From NCBI RefSeq assembly GCF_020745735.1, contig NW_026867640.1:1186698-1250697 (forward strand): a stretch of DNA of 64,000 nt. The letters are read 5' to 3'. Shown here in pieces: positions 63,714-64,000 of this stretch. Position numbers and translations under genes: made by a program. Position 1 is the stretch's first letter; each line of letters begins with the position of its first letter. The DNA comes from Hemiscyllium ocellatum (Eukaryota). The notes under the pieces are model-generated. The model was not told where the DNA came from and ran no database searches. It saw only the letters and a program-made list of their open reading frames with translations.

Positions 63714-64000
63714 TGTTGTGGTTCTGTTCGCCGAGCTGGGAGTTTTTGTTGCAAACGTTTCGTCCCCTTTCTCGGTGACGTGTTCAGTGCTTGGGAGCCT
63801 TCTGTGAAGCGCTTCTGTGCTGATTCCTCTGGCATTTATACTGGTTTGAATCAGCCGTTTCTGGTTGTCAGTTGCTGTCCGCTGCAGTGGACGGTATGTA
63901 GGATCTAGGTCGATGTGTCTGTTGATAGAATTTGTGGATGAGTGCCATGCCTCTAGGAATTCCCTGGCTGTTCTCTGTTTGGCCTGCCCTATAATAGTGG
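63714..64000 (-). mobile_element. Penelope-like element 3' end, same family as 1-482 and 42603-43546
   Basis: Reverse complement of 43270-43546. Confidence 0.88.

Noticed and set aside
49228-64000. Cmu3, Cmu4, secretory tail or TM exons
   Set aside because: No C-W-C Ig pattern or CART-type TM sequence recognised by eye; a heavily decayed copy could be missed and needs tblastn

Overview
Vertebrate, repeat-saturated genomic DNA from a cartilaginous fish, most likely a carpet shark (inferred from HE1/V-SINE-type SINEs, shark-type IgM exons and a shark-expanded GPR139-like receptor). Most of the window is fragmented CR1 LINEs, SINEs, Penelope-like elements (several carrying minimal hammerhead-ribozyme remnants), one rearranged L1 and a Gypsy pol fragment. 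Host content is limited to three things. (1) The main coding exon of a class A GPCR of the GPR139-like family (23533-24443, +), followed by a perfect RFX X-box. (2) A ~6.5 kb strand-asymmetric GA-rich satellite with higher-order repeats. (3) A relic IgM heavy-chain cluster on +, missed by the ORF track as a unit: 23-RSS + JH (36662-36749), Cmu1 (45557-45862) and Cmu2 (48916-49227). It has no V or D upstream and no recognisable Cmu3/Cmu4/TM in the remaining 14.8 kb; JH has a stop and a +1 frameshift, and Cmu2 has a stop at the conserved Trp. Old paralogous non-TE blocks lie in inverted orientation on both sides of the GPCR/Ig core. TE boundaries are by eye and approximate (about +/-50 bp); Ig, GPCR and motif coordinates were counted base by base.
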